64,000 nucleotides of DNA from Epithemia pelagica (GCA_946965045.2 OX337239.1:1860001-1924000), one strand, 5' to 3'. Counted from the stretch's first letter, positions 44,901 through 57,296 are shown. Numbers and translations: made by a program. The notes: a model not told the origin generated them from the letters alone.

Positions 44901-47061
44901 CGCGATGGCGCATAGCGGCATCAACTGAGTCCCAAGTTGTGAGACCAGTGTGAAAATTGAGCACAATGCCCAAGCGACGCAAGAGATCGCGACCAATAAT
45001 GATGTCATAACGACAATTGGGGGCATCAAAGATGTCGGCCCAAAGGGGGTATGAAATGTGTTTGGTTCGAGAAAACTCGGGGAGAACCAAATCTTCGAGA
45101 AGAATCTCGGAGACGTGGTCGCGCGTACCCATGGTGGTATTGACAGACCGATTGGTTACACGTGGATGCATGCCGGGCTGAAGACAGCGCGCGTGCAGGA
45201 TCGTCTTGTCGGCGCCTGAATCGAGCAGGGCACGCAACGGGACGGTGTTCTCGACTCCACCAATGGACCGAGCCATCAAAATGGTGAGGGGAACAGACGG
45301 AGGCTCAGAGGGAGCGACCAAAAGGGGACTAGAGAAACTAGGAGCGTCAGAGACAGAACTAGATGAGTAGACATCTTCATAGTGATCTAGGTTAGATAAA
45401 AAACCATTATTGGGATCAACAATGTCAGCGATGACAGCATCCGTAGGATTGGGACAGTTTTTAAGACATGGGGAAGCGACGGTATTCGTCGTTGCCTCCA
45501 GGGGAGGACAAGTCGTAGATGTGGGCGATATCCATGTTACGCCCGTAGATCTTGAACAATTGTTCGCGGACCTCAAGAATTGGGGCCTGAGGATGGCATT
45601 CTCGGCCGGCATAGCCTGTGGAGGGCCAGTCTGGATGTGACATTGCTGAGCAAAAAGAACATCAAGATGATGAGAGATATCCGGAGAGGATGAAGTGAAA
45701 AAGGAAGAAGAGCACATACCGGGGACCGTTTGATCGGCATTGCGGAGACTCGACCAATCACGAGTATCATCGAGAGGACGTTGACGAGCACGATAAGCCG
45801 CGTCTTGCACAGAAGGCAACGGCTCGGCCAACGATGGATCAACCGGTGGATTGTCGCCTGTGTTGGTGCCTTCAGAGGCATGCTGGTCAGAGCCAGATCC
45901 AGAACGACGGGGAACAGCGCCCCAACTGGAACCAGTAGGGCGAGATCCTCCAGATGAGGGAGTTCCCTGGCTACGAGAGCCTTGGCCGTTACGGCCTTGG
46001 TTCTGGGAACCATTGTTGGGATGAGACCCAGTAGGGGTACGAAGACCAGACCCGGTACGGGCAAGAAAGGCGTTGAAACGCTCTTGGTTAAAGTTGGAGG
46101 ACTGCGGGTTGTAGATGCAGTTGGCCCAAGTATGATTGGCGTGCGAAGGAATCGCGTCCTCATAAGGACAGGCATCGCCGTCATTGACGGGACGATCACC
46201 GGACGCTTGGCGTCCACCATTGGACTGGCGATTGCCGCCGCGGAGACCGCCACGACCACCATTAGAGGAGCGAAAACGCTTAGTGGAGCCACGGGAAGTG
46301 GAATCATCGCGAGGATTGCGGGACTTGGCCTGGGACTGTGCATTGGCAGCCATCTTCTCTTGAGAGACCTTTTGATAGCCGCGCATTGCATGAAGGAGGT
46401 CGGTGACATTGAAATGGTTCACCAAATCGGCAACCAAAGGATTGGCCGTCTTGAACTCGTTGCGCCAAGCAACAGGGGAGCCAAGATAGAAGGCTTGTTT
46501 CAACTCATCGTCAGTGAGGGCTTGGACGGCGTTGTTGTTGGACAAGTAACGGAGACCGTTAGAAATCTTCTGGAGGGTGTGATAATGGATATCCATGGTC
46601 ACATCAGGTGGCTTGCGAGGACCGCTAAGAAGGTGTGCCCAAAAGGCATTGACTTCGGAAACCGTCAACTTGGGTTCAAAGATCGTAGCAATCAACCGTT
46701 TGAAACACGCCTCATCAAGGTCGGCGCCATCAGGCAAGGCCTGGAATGCATCATGAAACTTGTCCGCTACGAGACTTGTGGTAACACGGGGAAAGTAGGT
46801 GCAACAGGCAGCAAAGGGCTCTGGATGACCGGAGATCTTGACCTTGTCAACAAAATGGAGGACCCACAAGAAGAGATTCGAGGGTTCTTCATCCACGCCA
46901 TCTCGGAATGGCAAGAGACGGACGTAGTACTTGTCATCGTCGTCGTCTTTCAACTTGAGGGTGGAGAGAGCAGAGGAAGAATCTGAAGCTGAGGCTTGAT
47001 CGAAGCGCTTTTGGAAGCGTTGAACATCCGCAAGGGAGATGAGGGAAGATCCTGTGCTCAT
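41970..47061 (-). pseudogene. Gypsy gag-pol polyprotein, inactivated
   Basis: Protease LLDSGAD, RT FAIPKKDGRIR/LPMG/YIDD, RNase H VDASDYQLG...EKELL, integrase H-H-C-C zinc finger and DLIG/DQGGEF/CERLH; broken by a 13-bp tandem duplication (44345-44370) and TAA stops at 44313-44315 and 42603-42605. Confidence 0.9.
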
Positions 47062-47189
47062 GATGAGACTGCAAAGGGAAGGAAAGGAAAGGAATCAAAG
47101 GATGATGAGATCAACAAGGATCGGTCAAAGAACGGCAAGTGGTTATGGTGAAAGAGTGCTGGGGGAAGTTTTTGAGCTTCTGATCAGAG

Positions 47190-47406
47190 TGCCATACCCA
47201 TGTAAAATAGCACGGTATAAAAATTGTGATCTTTAGGAATTACGAGGGATTAGGGGGAATGAGGAATCCACAGTGCCACGTGCGACGAGAAAATGACTGG
47301 AGGAGGAACAGCCAGATGGCGGAAGATTCATGTCGCAGTGTCAAGAACGCGAACCGGGAATGGAACGTGGCGACACGTATGGCGGGATCCATATAGGGGT
47401 ACCGCA
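47190..47406 (-). repeat. Gypsy 5' LTR (217 bp)
   Basis: Direct repeat of 41681-41889. Confidence 0.93.
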
Positions 47407-48543
47407 CTCTACGACTACTCTAGAGCAGAAAATCCCGAAAACCGAAAGTCAGTATCACCAATACCAATCACCTGGTCTTTGTCGATCGGCTTACTAGAGG
47501 GTTTAGTCTTCGATTTAGGAGTAACAAGAAGTAACAAAGACAAGTGATAAATAATTATTATAAATTCTGTGTTTTCTTTTTTGGGGTTTCGCCTAAGTGC
47601 TACGATCAGGCGAAAGCTAGGTAGGTAGGTTGACAGGAGACAGCGAAGAAAAGGTCGCTGGCTCGCTTATTCCCACGCTTCTAACTCGTAGAGCTAATGG
47701 GGAGTCTACCATCTTCTCTTACCAATACGAATCTACTTCTAGGTAGGATATCTGTGCTGGGATCTGCCATGGCCAATTGACAGCCATTGGAACCATCGAC
47801 ATCGAAGAATCCTCAGATTCTTAATTGTACTCCCAGCTCCATGACATGGAGGGATAGATCAAGGCTAGACCACTAGGGAGGTAGGCTCCGAAGCTTTGAT
47901 TAGACCTGTTTCTGGGATTGGGAATGGGGACAGGTAGAGGGTAGAGGTAGAGGGTAGAGGACGGGTCTGCTGGAAGAAGTGAATGGATACATGGATAATG
48001 GATATGGGCTATGGGCTATGGGCTTGCTAGTTTTGAGAGCTTCCGGCAGTTCCGATTGCTTCTTCTGAACTTCTGGGCTGCTCTTAATCGAAGTATGCGC
48101 AGAAACGACAATCGACAATAAGCAATGAAAACTATACTAATAATTATTACGCTACAAATTATGGGACATGTAGGAATAAGAAATAATGGATTATGCTATT
48201 CAGTTGAAGTACATACTGCTTTCGTCGAGTGTCCTCTCCTCTAGAGGTGGAGCTAGGAGGTACGAGTGGACTAGAGGCCTACTCCTTTAACGTTGCGGTG
48301 CCCCATCTGGGTAGCATGGGTAGCATGGGTAGCGCCGACCGACAGGCGCGCTCATTCCTTGATTCTGGGATCGCGCATCGCGCACCCCGTTACCGCGAGA
48401 CGAAGTGTGCAGTCATCATCATGACTCCCGAGATTCAAGGACAACAACAAACAAGGGAGAGACAACTGGAACACTCAATTTTGGTCTGTCAGAGATAAAA
48501 GATCGTAACGGATTGAACATTTTCAGTTCGACGAGAAGAAGAT

Positions 48544-50779
48544 ATGATGTTCTCGTCGGCTTCCACTGGCAACCTTGCAAGCGGTGCTCCTCCTTCCTTG
48601 AGCACAACAACCCGCGCTCCCATGCGCAAGTCTCGGTTACGGCGACAACCGAAAAAGCCTGTACCTACCCATGTGCTGCCCTTCCAAAAGAATCGTTGGG
48701 TTGTATCCATTTCAGCTGCTGTGTGTTTGATATGTTTTTCCGTTCTTCCCATTTGGATTTTGGAGGGCATGACGGATCCAGAACATCATCCTCGCGCCGT
48801 TCATGGAGTCCATCAACTCATGTCCATGGCACAACAAATACGTAATAAAGTGGCCGTTGTCACCAATAAGGCCTCTGCTCAACTACGAAAGGATTACAAT
48901 TTCGATACCGGTCTGGGACCACCGGAACAAGAGGATGTCAAAGTACAGGTCCTTTCCACCGAGACACCACCTGATGATATTGATTCGGAAGCAGTAGTAC
49001 CTGACACACCCGCCAAGACAGCAAATACCGAAACCAAAACCGTAGTGGACAAGAATAATAAAAATAAGGAAGGTGTACAACCACCGCCATCCTTGGTCGA
49101 GCAACAGGCCAAACCCACCTTTCGGTTGGAGGATTTAGAGAGCGACGACCTGGATGATTGGACGTCCAAACCAGTGGCACGAGGAATTGCTGGTCGACCC
49201 AAATCGGAAACACCGGCCATGGAGGGTGCACAACGTGCTTCGATTGATCAGTGTGATATTAATGTCGACTCCCTCGCATATTGGAATGACCCAGTGGGAT
49301 CGCGAGATTTGAACTTTGTGTCGCCCTTTGTCACCAAATCAGAAAGCAATGGGGCACAGGAAAAGTACATTACCTTTGCCTCCGATCGAGGTGGATGGAA
49401 TAATGTAAGTTGAACCACAAAGAAGTTGTGTCTGACTAAACAAGAAAGACTTTGCGGCTACGAGTTTCTCGTCAAAAAGTTCTCATGTCTAACTCCCCGT
49501 CTTCTACGATGGATTGAACGTCCTGTCTTCCTATGCTCCTGGAAACTACTTCTTCTTCCTCTTCTAGGTTCGCATGTCCATGGAAATCCTGTTTGTTTTG
49601 GCGGCTGCAACCGGTCGAACATTGGTTTTGCCACCCAAGGAACCACTGTATTTGTTAAATCGCGACAAGGGTGCCAAACATCGGGGGTACGCGGACTTTT
49701 TTCCACTGGACCACCCCGATTTCCCTGTCAAACTCATAACCATGGAGGAATTTTTGACCAAAAACCCAGATCAACAAAAGCTGCTCGCTCAAGAGAAATA
49801 CAAGGATTCCTCCGAACGTATATTGGAAGCAGCGGATTCCTGCGACAAGTACAAAAAGAGTGCTTCCTTCTGCGGAATATTGACGGATTATCTCAATGAC
49901 GTGGGACATAACCCCGGTTTTGGTGGAGATACAACATGTTTGATTTTTGACGAAGATGCGGCTCAGGGCAATCCACCTTCCGAGGAGGCTACGGAAGTTG
50001 CCAAAACATATTGTGGTGAACGAGACGTTGTCTATTGGTCCGACAAGGAGCACGGCCAACACACGCATTTGCATTTTCCAGCCAATCAAAAACAATATCG
50101 TCTCTTGACCCATTATTACAATCTCATGTACTTTTCCGATCCGGCGATTGGTAACTACTTCAAACGCTTTGTCCGTGATTACTTGCATTACAATAATGAA
50201 ATTTACTGTGCCGCCGGCAAGATTGTCAAGGCGCTACAAACCGAGGGAATGCGACGGGGATTCTCGTTGGACGCGGAAAAGGGTGGCGGCTATTCGGCCA
50301 TGCACATTCGACGAGGCGACTTGCAGTACAAGCGCGTAAAGATCTCTGCTCAGGAGTGGTACGACAATACCAAAGAAGTTTGGCAAGACAAGGAATTAAT
50401 GTACATTGCCACGGACGAGCGGAACAAGACCTTTTTTGATGATTTGGCGCGACATTACGACTTGCGCTTTTTGGACGATTATAAAGAATTAGTTGGTTTG
50501 TCGGATTTGGATCCCAACTTTATGGGAATGATTGATACAATCGTGGCCAGTCGTGCTCGAGCCTTTGCGGGGACATGGTTCAGCACTTTTACGGGCTACA
50601 TAAATCGATTACGAGGATACCATGGCATGTCCATGATGGATTCGTGGTACAGCTTTTTGCCCAAGAAGACGGCACTCCATCAATGGAATGTTATCACCCA
50701 TTATGCCTACGCGTTTGAATATCCGGATTGTTGGATGGGGATCGATGCCGATGTCATGCCAGATCGAGACAAATTCTAG
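48544..50779 (+). CDS. GDP-fucose protein O-fucosyltransferase (O-FucT/POFUT2-like), type II membrane; exons 48544-49404 and 49568-50779
   Basis: Phase-0 GTAAGT(49405)..TAG(49567) intron restores DRGGWNNVRMSMEILFVLAAATGRTLVLPP; later AMHIRRGDL, LMYIATDE, IDTIVASRARAFAGTWFSTFTGYINRLRG; N-terminal TM helix. Confidence 0.88.
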
Positions 50780-51069
50780 GTGCCGTGGACGTAACTTATA
50801 GCATGGCTTTGTGACCAACTGTGCAGGCATACGAAACAAATCTTTTGAGAGGCGTTTCAGACGGTTACGTTTGGACCATGTCCATTTCTTCATCGTCGAC
50901 TTCTCATAAGAACTGTACGCGTTGAAGGATGTATCAGAAGTGATGGATCCATTGCCTCATGTTGCCTGACGTTATCTTCGTCAGCAACCAAAGCGCACGA
51001 CAACAGTTGTGTCTGCAGTATGCAGTCATTGGTTCATGAAGCAGGGTTTTAATTCGTCGTGGCTTTTCG

Positions 51070-52750
51070 TCAATGCTGAAAAAACGCACCGACATCTTCC
51101 AATTTCACCCCCTTGGTCTCAGGCAAAAAGAGCCACACCAAGACGGCGGTACAAAGGTTGATTGTGGCCAAGGACAGAAAGTAACCTACCCAACCCAATG
51201 CATTCGCCATCGACAGCATGGTCGAGGTCATAAAGGTGGCAGTCAACCGATTGGCAAAGGTGGATAAAGAGACAGCGTTGGATCGAATGGTGGTCGAAAA
51301 TAGTTCTGGTGGCAGTATCCATCCCAGTGGACCCAGGCCAAGAGAAAAGAAAATGAGATAGAGGGCCAAACCAGCAATGGTAACCTCAAAGTTGGATTTG
51401 TGTTGGTTATTGTGAAAGGACGACCTGTCCTGGTTGATGAGTTCCGTGTCGTTGGTCAAGTTTCCAGAGTCGTTGCTAGGGGACACAGTTAGATCCATAT
51501 TTTCGAAGGCGGAAGCCACCACGACAAGAGAAACAATCATACCAGACAATGAGAGTAGAAGTAGGGGCCGACGTCCCAACTTGTCCACAAGGGCACTGGC
51601 AACAAAGAGACTGGCCAACTTCAAAAAGCCCAAACAAAACATGTATTGGCCTTGCGCTTCGCGAGAGGTAACGCCGGAGGCATCCAATATAAAAACAAGA
51701 TAATATTGAATGGCATCAATGCCAGACATTTCATGGGCGACCGCAATACCAATACCTCGTTCCATCATTTGACGGATGGCCGGACGCCGTTTTGTTTCTT
51801 TCAATAAGGTGATCCATCCCATGAAACCAGATGATTGTTGCTGCTGTTGAAGAAGATGCTCCCGCTCAATGTCGCGCTGAATGTCGGTAATGGCTTCTTG
51901 AAGCTCCTCGGTGGACGCGTATGGCGTGAGCTGTTGCAGCACGGTTCGAGCACTGTCAAGTCGTTGTTGCTTCACAAGCCATCGTGGTGACTCGGTCAGT
52001 ACAAAACAACACAAGAATAGCATGACGACGGGAAGGATACAACCCATGCTAAACATGAGTCTCCAACTGAGGCCAATTGGATAGTTGGCAAACACAAAAC
52101 CCATGGAAAATCCAATCAAGATTCCAACGTTGCAGGCAATCTCGGACCAGGATGTCAAGAATCCGCGATGGTCTTTGGGCGATATTTCTGAGATGTACTG
52201 GGGCGTGGTTGTCATTCCAAATCCATTTCCCAATCCCACCAAAGTACGACCAAGCAAAATGACACCAAAGTGGTTCTTGCTCGCCACCACCAACACGGTT
52301 CCGACGAAGAAGAGCAGGGAGGCAAGGACAAAGGATGCTTTCATACCCCAACGTTGCACCAACCAAGAATTTTGCATCGCCCCCCCACAGCGAAAATAAG
52401 TTGATGGATCCCATAAAAAGTTCCAGCTGCCAGTCCGTCAACTCCAAGTCCTCTTGAATCAGAATTCCTGCAGGACTATTGACTCCAATGTCGAATCCAA
52501 CATTGCAAGTGTTGAGAACCGCACAACCGGCCAGAAAATACACAAACAATGAGGGTCCTCGATGAACTTCCACTTCCTTGTTGCCACCTGCTGAGGGGCT
52601 GGTGGGAATCGCATTCAGAAGTGGCTGTGCTTCGTTCATTGTACTTCCTTGGAATTGATTTCCGCACAGTTCTATCCATGATCCATGGTCAAGAAGTGTG
52701 AGGGGCTTGTTTGATCTTGGATGGAGAAATGACGCATGCGGAGATTCCAT
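51070..52750 (-). CDS. MFS sugar/polyol transporter with 1-nt frameshift in a G7 run (52380-52386)
   Basis: N-terminal GFDIGVNS...LELFMGSINLFSLWG continues in the next frame as AMQNSWLVQRWG..., PQYISEISPKDHRGFLTSW, ESPRWL, DKLGRRPLLL, PELFSTTIRS, LPETKG. Confidence 0.85.
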
Positions 52751-52987
52751 GGACGTTAAGTCATCCCCATACGGTTATGCGCGCGGGGGGAGGTACATTT
52801 TTTCACGGCTTCGACCTCCTGCATCTCGGAATCTAAGTCTCCCCGTAGGTAAAAAGGTAAGGTTACTCAGAGTGGTCGATGTTGCAAGTTGCAACCTGCG
52901 GGCATTTATCGTCCAGTTACGCGTGCTGGCTTTGGCGATGGTACGTTACTAGTTTGTGGATTTTGAACATGACTCTTTATTTACTTA

Positions 52988-53737
52988 TCACTCTCCTTCT
53001 GGTCCTTCATTCCTCTCTCTAGGTATCTTCTGAATGGCCTGTGTGTCAATCACGAGCTGATTCCAAGTGCGCTGCACTTCCATCTTGTCAGTAAGCTTCT
53101 TATCATCGGTAATCTGAAAACGTTTAATTGCCGGGGTCTGACTCGTGGCCTGATACAGCCAATAGGCTTCTTCCTTGAGGGCATCGGCAATGCCCATATC
53201 AACCGAGGCGTAAGTAGCTTGTTTGCAAGCATGAATCGAAGCGGCAGGCCACTTTGCAATGCGTTTGGCCAAAGCGTCAACGTACGGCCCAATCTCGCTA
53301 GGTTCCAGAGCCTTGTTGACGGTTCCATAGGCTTCGGCCTCGTCCGCGGTGAAGTCTTGAGCACCCAGGATGATTTCCAATGCACGGCCCAACCCAACTT
53401 GGCGTGCCATGCGTGAAGCTCCACCACCACACGGTAGAATGCTGAAAGGAGGTTATAGGGCCTAGCCCGACCACTCGACCAACAGCGCTGTTGGTCGAGT
53501 GGTCGGGCTAGGCCCTATAACCTCCTTTCAAAAGATAACATTGGGGGGCCACATTGTGTGGACCTGGAAGACGACAACTCTGACCGAACTATCTTTTTCC
53601 AACAAGTCGGCAAGGACGCCTAGATCCTTCAACATTGCCAAATCCTGCATGTTCACAGGAGGATTATCGAAGGTGACGGTGAGCACACCTTCCTTATCGT
53701 CCACAGCAGTGAATGTTTTGTAGCTTGCCGATGCCAT
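52988..53737 (-). pseudogene. Enoyl-CoA hydratase/isomerase (crotonase family) missing its central part
   Basis: 5' part MASASYKTF...LTVTFDNPPVN...VRVVVFQ and 3' part ILPCGGGASRMARQVGLGRALEIILGAQDFTADEAEAYG... are separated by only ~135 nt, 88 of them a perfect palindrome; the segment with the catalytic Glu region (typically ~90 aa) is absent. Confidence 0.75.
53443..53530. repeat. Perfect 88-bp palindrome (44-bp arms, no spacer)
   Basis: tgaaaggaggttatagggcctagcccgaccactcgaccaacagc followed immediately by its exact reverse complement. Confidence 0.97.
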
Positions 53738-54319
53738 GATGCTTCTTGTTCCGATGCTTGTCTTCTAGTTTGTGTTCTAGTTTTTTGTGAGCTTCTTGTT
53801 TTGAATGTTTCGACATATCATCGAGCATAGAGCGAAAAGCCGCCGACGAGCATAGGAGTAGATGAAAGGGTTCGTAGAGGCATAGTCCATGGGCTACCTT
53901 GACACAAGATGAACGCAAAACTGTTCCGAGTCAAATACTCTAACGTTGATAGTGCTTCGTTGATTTCTACACATGCGGTACATGGAGCCAAACTACGTCT
54001 TGAGACAGTCGCAGTATCTATCGAAGTGCAAAAGTGTTCCTTGTCATCTACACAAAAGAATATAGTCGCCTGTACAATTCTATGTGAACGGTACCAAATC
54101 GTAGGTTCGAGGTGTCTCGAGGGTGTTCGACTCGTCGTACACATTAGAGCATTGTCGTATTGTACGTTGATTTCTACGTTGACGGTACAGCCAAGCCTCG
54201 CTACTCCTACCGTAATTTGCGGATTCCTGTCCCCCCTATAGTCCTGTCCCCCCACTCCCCTTAAACGTACATGACCCCCTAACTTTTTATCTGTAGGTTC
54301 TTTCTGGGCTTATGAGTAA

Positions 54320-54804
54320 CCCTCAATGTACACCCAAGTTAAGATGGGACCAAGGAACATGGTCAGGCCACGTTATGAAGTCTGAGCATTGGCGTTGGAG
54401 TGCAAGTCGGGCGGTCCACCCAAAAGAAGAGCCGGCCTCGCTGTCACACAAAGAATGAGGCAGAACGGGCGTGCAACTCGGAAGAGGAAATTCTAAAAAG
54501 AACATGTGCATCCCATCTACTGCGACAAAGCCTCTTCCATTCCATATCTCAAAGTGGACTGCCTCCAAATAGAGGATCGTCCGATTCAAGAGGCATGGGC
54601 ACTCTTGAATCAAACAACAATGCGCCAACAATGGATCCCTAATGGAGCGCGACATGCGATCCATGACAAACAAGCAAAGACGCAGCAAACAAAACAAGAG
54701 GGACACGGAGAGCTCACTCTTTGGGTTTTCTACGGTTCGTCGGCGAAGGTCTGATCCCCTTTGGCGCCGTTCTTGATTTCTAAAGAGTTGAAACTCCAAC
54801 TTTC
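54320..54804 (+). repeat. Split direct repeat A1 (485 bp)
   Basis: Matches 63059-63543. Confidence 0.93.
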
Positions 54805-55016
54805 TCTGCTCACTTCGCTCTCCTACTTACTCCTTCTACCATGTCGGTTCCTCCTCCTCCTCCTCCTGCACAGGATGCTGATACGCTCCTCTCTGCGCTC
54901 GTCGCTTCGGCCTCCGTGGCTAACACCCCTGCGGCTGGGGCCGCCCGTCCTTCTACGGCGGCTCTGGGGGGGATCGCGGTCAAATCTCCTTTGCTGCTGA
55001 CCCTCCCACGGATGAG

Positions 55017-57296
55017 ATGATGGTTCAAGGCACGGAAACCGCATTGTTTCCTGAGAGCACCATGGACCCTACTGTCCTTGGACGCTCTACCGGTGGTAGT
55101 AAGTTTGGTGTCGTGGCACTTCGCGCAAGCGAATGTGCAGACAAGTTGTTGTGTTTGGGTCTCAAGCGCGGCGGGGCAACCTTTTGCATCGACCCCAAGT
55201 GCGCTAAAGCCGGGGACCATGGAACTGGTCTAGCTCCCGTCGACTTGGGACCCTCAGGAGGATTGTTCATTACCAAGAACCCTGCCTCTGCCTTTTGCAC
55301 TCCGGTTATCTCGTTGAGTGAGATCTCTCAGGAGACACTGGACCAAGTCCAGCATGAAAAACACACTATGGAAGAATGGACGAAGAAATTCGTTGCTATG
55401 AAACGTCTTAATCAAGTTAAGAAAGAAGGTCACCTGGATGCCAGTCTGAAGGAAACGGAGCATAAAATCTCCAAGGCTGACTCCCTCCGTACCCCGTTTA
55501 CACTCAAGAAAGCTACCTCTACCTCCACCTCCTTCGTCGTTGAGAATTTCTCTCCTCACCACAAGATTTTGGACGGAGATCTGCAGGATGTGATTCGGAA
55601 GATTTCTGTTGACTCCTCCTTGGTTCCGATAACTCTTCGCGAAATCGAAGACTCGGTGATGGAAGCAGGAGAAGTGATCCAGACTTTGTCCTTGGAACAA
55701 CAAGCCATTTCGCGTCAAAACAGCACAGCCGTTGAAGCTCTAGGAATCAAATTTGATAAACTGTCCATGGAAATTGGACCTCGAGAGGACTTGCCGGACG
55801 AGTACCAAGCCCCGACCCTCTGGGGAATCATCTCTTCGATGATTCGTTCCATTCAAGAATCCTCTCCCTTGACGACTGAATCTCACCAACGTGCTGTGGA
55901 TAGTCGCCTTGCCGCGGTTGAGTCCTCTATTGCTACTTTCTTCTCAACCATCCAAGGCCAAGTCTCTTCGAAGTTGTCCTCGACCCAAGTTGAGACTCGT
56001 AATTCGGTAGACAAGCTTCGAAACCAATTCGTGCAAGGCTTCAAAGGAATCCTCGATCGCTTGTCGGCCCTTGAATCCAACACGACGCTCACCAACCGTA
56101 TCTTGACCATTGAAAACAAGATGTCGTCCCATGAAATTTTGCTTAGCCAACTGGGAACCTCCCCGCAGATGTTTGGTGCAACACAGACGACATCCAACAC
56201 AGGATCACCAGCCCTTCAAAACAAAGTCACTGCTCTTGAAGGGGAAATCGCGAATTTGAGGACTCTCTTGGGAGATGCCAATTTGGAAATGCAACGTCTT
56301 AAGGGCAAGGTCGACACTTCCACCATCAAGTTCGGAAATCTCGGCGTAGCAACGGTTGATGACTGCAAAGCTTGGGTGGCCCTCAAGTTCGGGTCAAGAG
56401 CGTACGGTCTTTTGTTTGATCTCAACTTGGTGCTTGAATGGTGTGCCCCGCAGGAGAATGGGGATGTTTTATCCATGCTGACTACCATGGAAAAACGACA
56501 CAAGATGCAGATCGCGACAACAAATGAAGCTCGAGCGATTTATGCGATGAAGAATGAATTTCCCCAGCTCTTGTACAAAGATTTCCCTGGCACCGGGCGG
56601 GACCCTTCGTTTCTCACTGCGATGAAAGAGTACTCGGATTGGGAGTCGCCCGAGACGGGAGTTCGTGACCGAATCCTGAATCGTCTAGGCAACATGAATT
56701 CTATGTTCGGAGAACAAATTGCCACAACGATGGCCAATGAACCTGAAGCCCGTTCCTTAGCCTTATCTATGCTATCTGTTTCGGTGGGTTGTTGCCGTGA
56801 ATTGGTAACCTATTTTGATGAAACCATGAATGAACTCACTATCAAGTCGAAGTTTACTACCCGCAAGGCCTTCAGTTTGGTTACCCAAGTGGTCAGGCGC
56901 TTCTTCATGGACTTATACAAGGTTAGGGCTCAAGTCTACTCGTCCCTTTCGACCACTGATAGTGCTGGCCAGTGCGCATGGATACTTTACGGCGTTCTTC
57001 GTACCCACGATGTTATGAGCGATTACGTCAAAGCTCGTTTCAAGAACCATCCGTCCGTTTCAAGCGAATACATTCGCTTCCTTTCCACCAACTCGGGCTT
57101 CGAGTCCCTCAAGACGCTAGAAGATCAAGTGGAATCCTTGAAGCGTACCTCTGCTCAGTTGGTCAAAGATGTTACCTCGGCCAAGAAAGCTTCCGACACG
57201 GCCAGCAGCACTGTGGATAGTGTCAAAAAGGATGTGACCGAATTGAAGAAACAAGCCCAGCGTCGTGGAGGATCTACCAACGGTGACAAGAAGTGA
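55017..57296 (+). CDS. gag-like ORF1 of the YR retrotransposon
   Basis: 759-aa ORF at the gag position, Cys-containing N-terminus (CLG...FCIDPKC), coiled-coil-like middle; stop TGA followed by CGG and an open frame. Confidence 0.75.
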   Translation: MMVQGTETALFPESTMDPTVLGRSTGGSKFGVVALRASECADKLLCLGLKRGGATFCIDPKCAKAGDHGTGLAPVDLGPSGGLFITKNPASAFCTPVISLSEISQETLDQVQHEKHTMEEWTKKFVAMKRLNQVKKEGHLDASLKETEHKISKADSLRTPFTLKKATSTSTSFVVENFSPHHKILDGDLQDVIRKISVDSSLVPITLREIEDSVMEAGEVIQTLSLEQQAISRQNSTAVEALGIKFDKLSMEIGPREDLPDEYQAPTLWGIISSMIRSIQESSPLTTESHQRAVDSRLAAVESSIATFFSTIQGQVSSKLSSTQVETRNSVDKLRNQFVQGFKGILDRLSALESNTTLTNRILTIENKMSSHEILLSQLGTSPQMFGATQTTSNTGSPALQNKVTALEGEIANLRTLLGDANLEMQRLKGKVDTSTIKFGNLGVATVDDCKAWVALKFGSRAYGLLFDLNLVLEWCAPQENGDVLSMLTTMEKRHKMQIATTNEARAIYAMKNEFPQLLYKDFPGTGRDPSFLTAMKEYSDWESPETGVRDRILNRLGNMNSMFGEQIATTMANEPEARSLALSMLSVSVGCCRELVTYFDETMNELTIKSKFTTRKAFSLVTQVVRRFFMDLYKVRAQVYSSLSTTDSAGQCAWILYGVLRTHDVMSDYVKARFKNHPSVSSEYIRFLSTNSGFESLKTLEDQVESLKRTSAQLVKDVTSAKKASDTASSTVDSVKKDVTELKKQAQRRGGSTNGDKK

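Larger units (their letters stand above)
41681..47406 (-). mobile_element. Ty3/Gypsy LTR retrotransposon, full length but with a disrupted pol
   Basis: LTRs 41681-41889 and 47190-47406 (TG...CA, identical apart from an 8-bp indel), 5-bp TSD CTCTA at 41676-41680 and 47407-47411, PPT gggagaggtagag (41890-41902, - strand), domain order gag-PR-RT-RH-IN. Confidence 0.95.

Noticed and set aside
45982-46986. 334-aa + strand ORF inside the Gypsy element
   Set aside because: Antisense to gag, low-information composition; no independent evidence.
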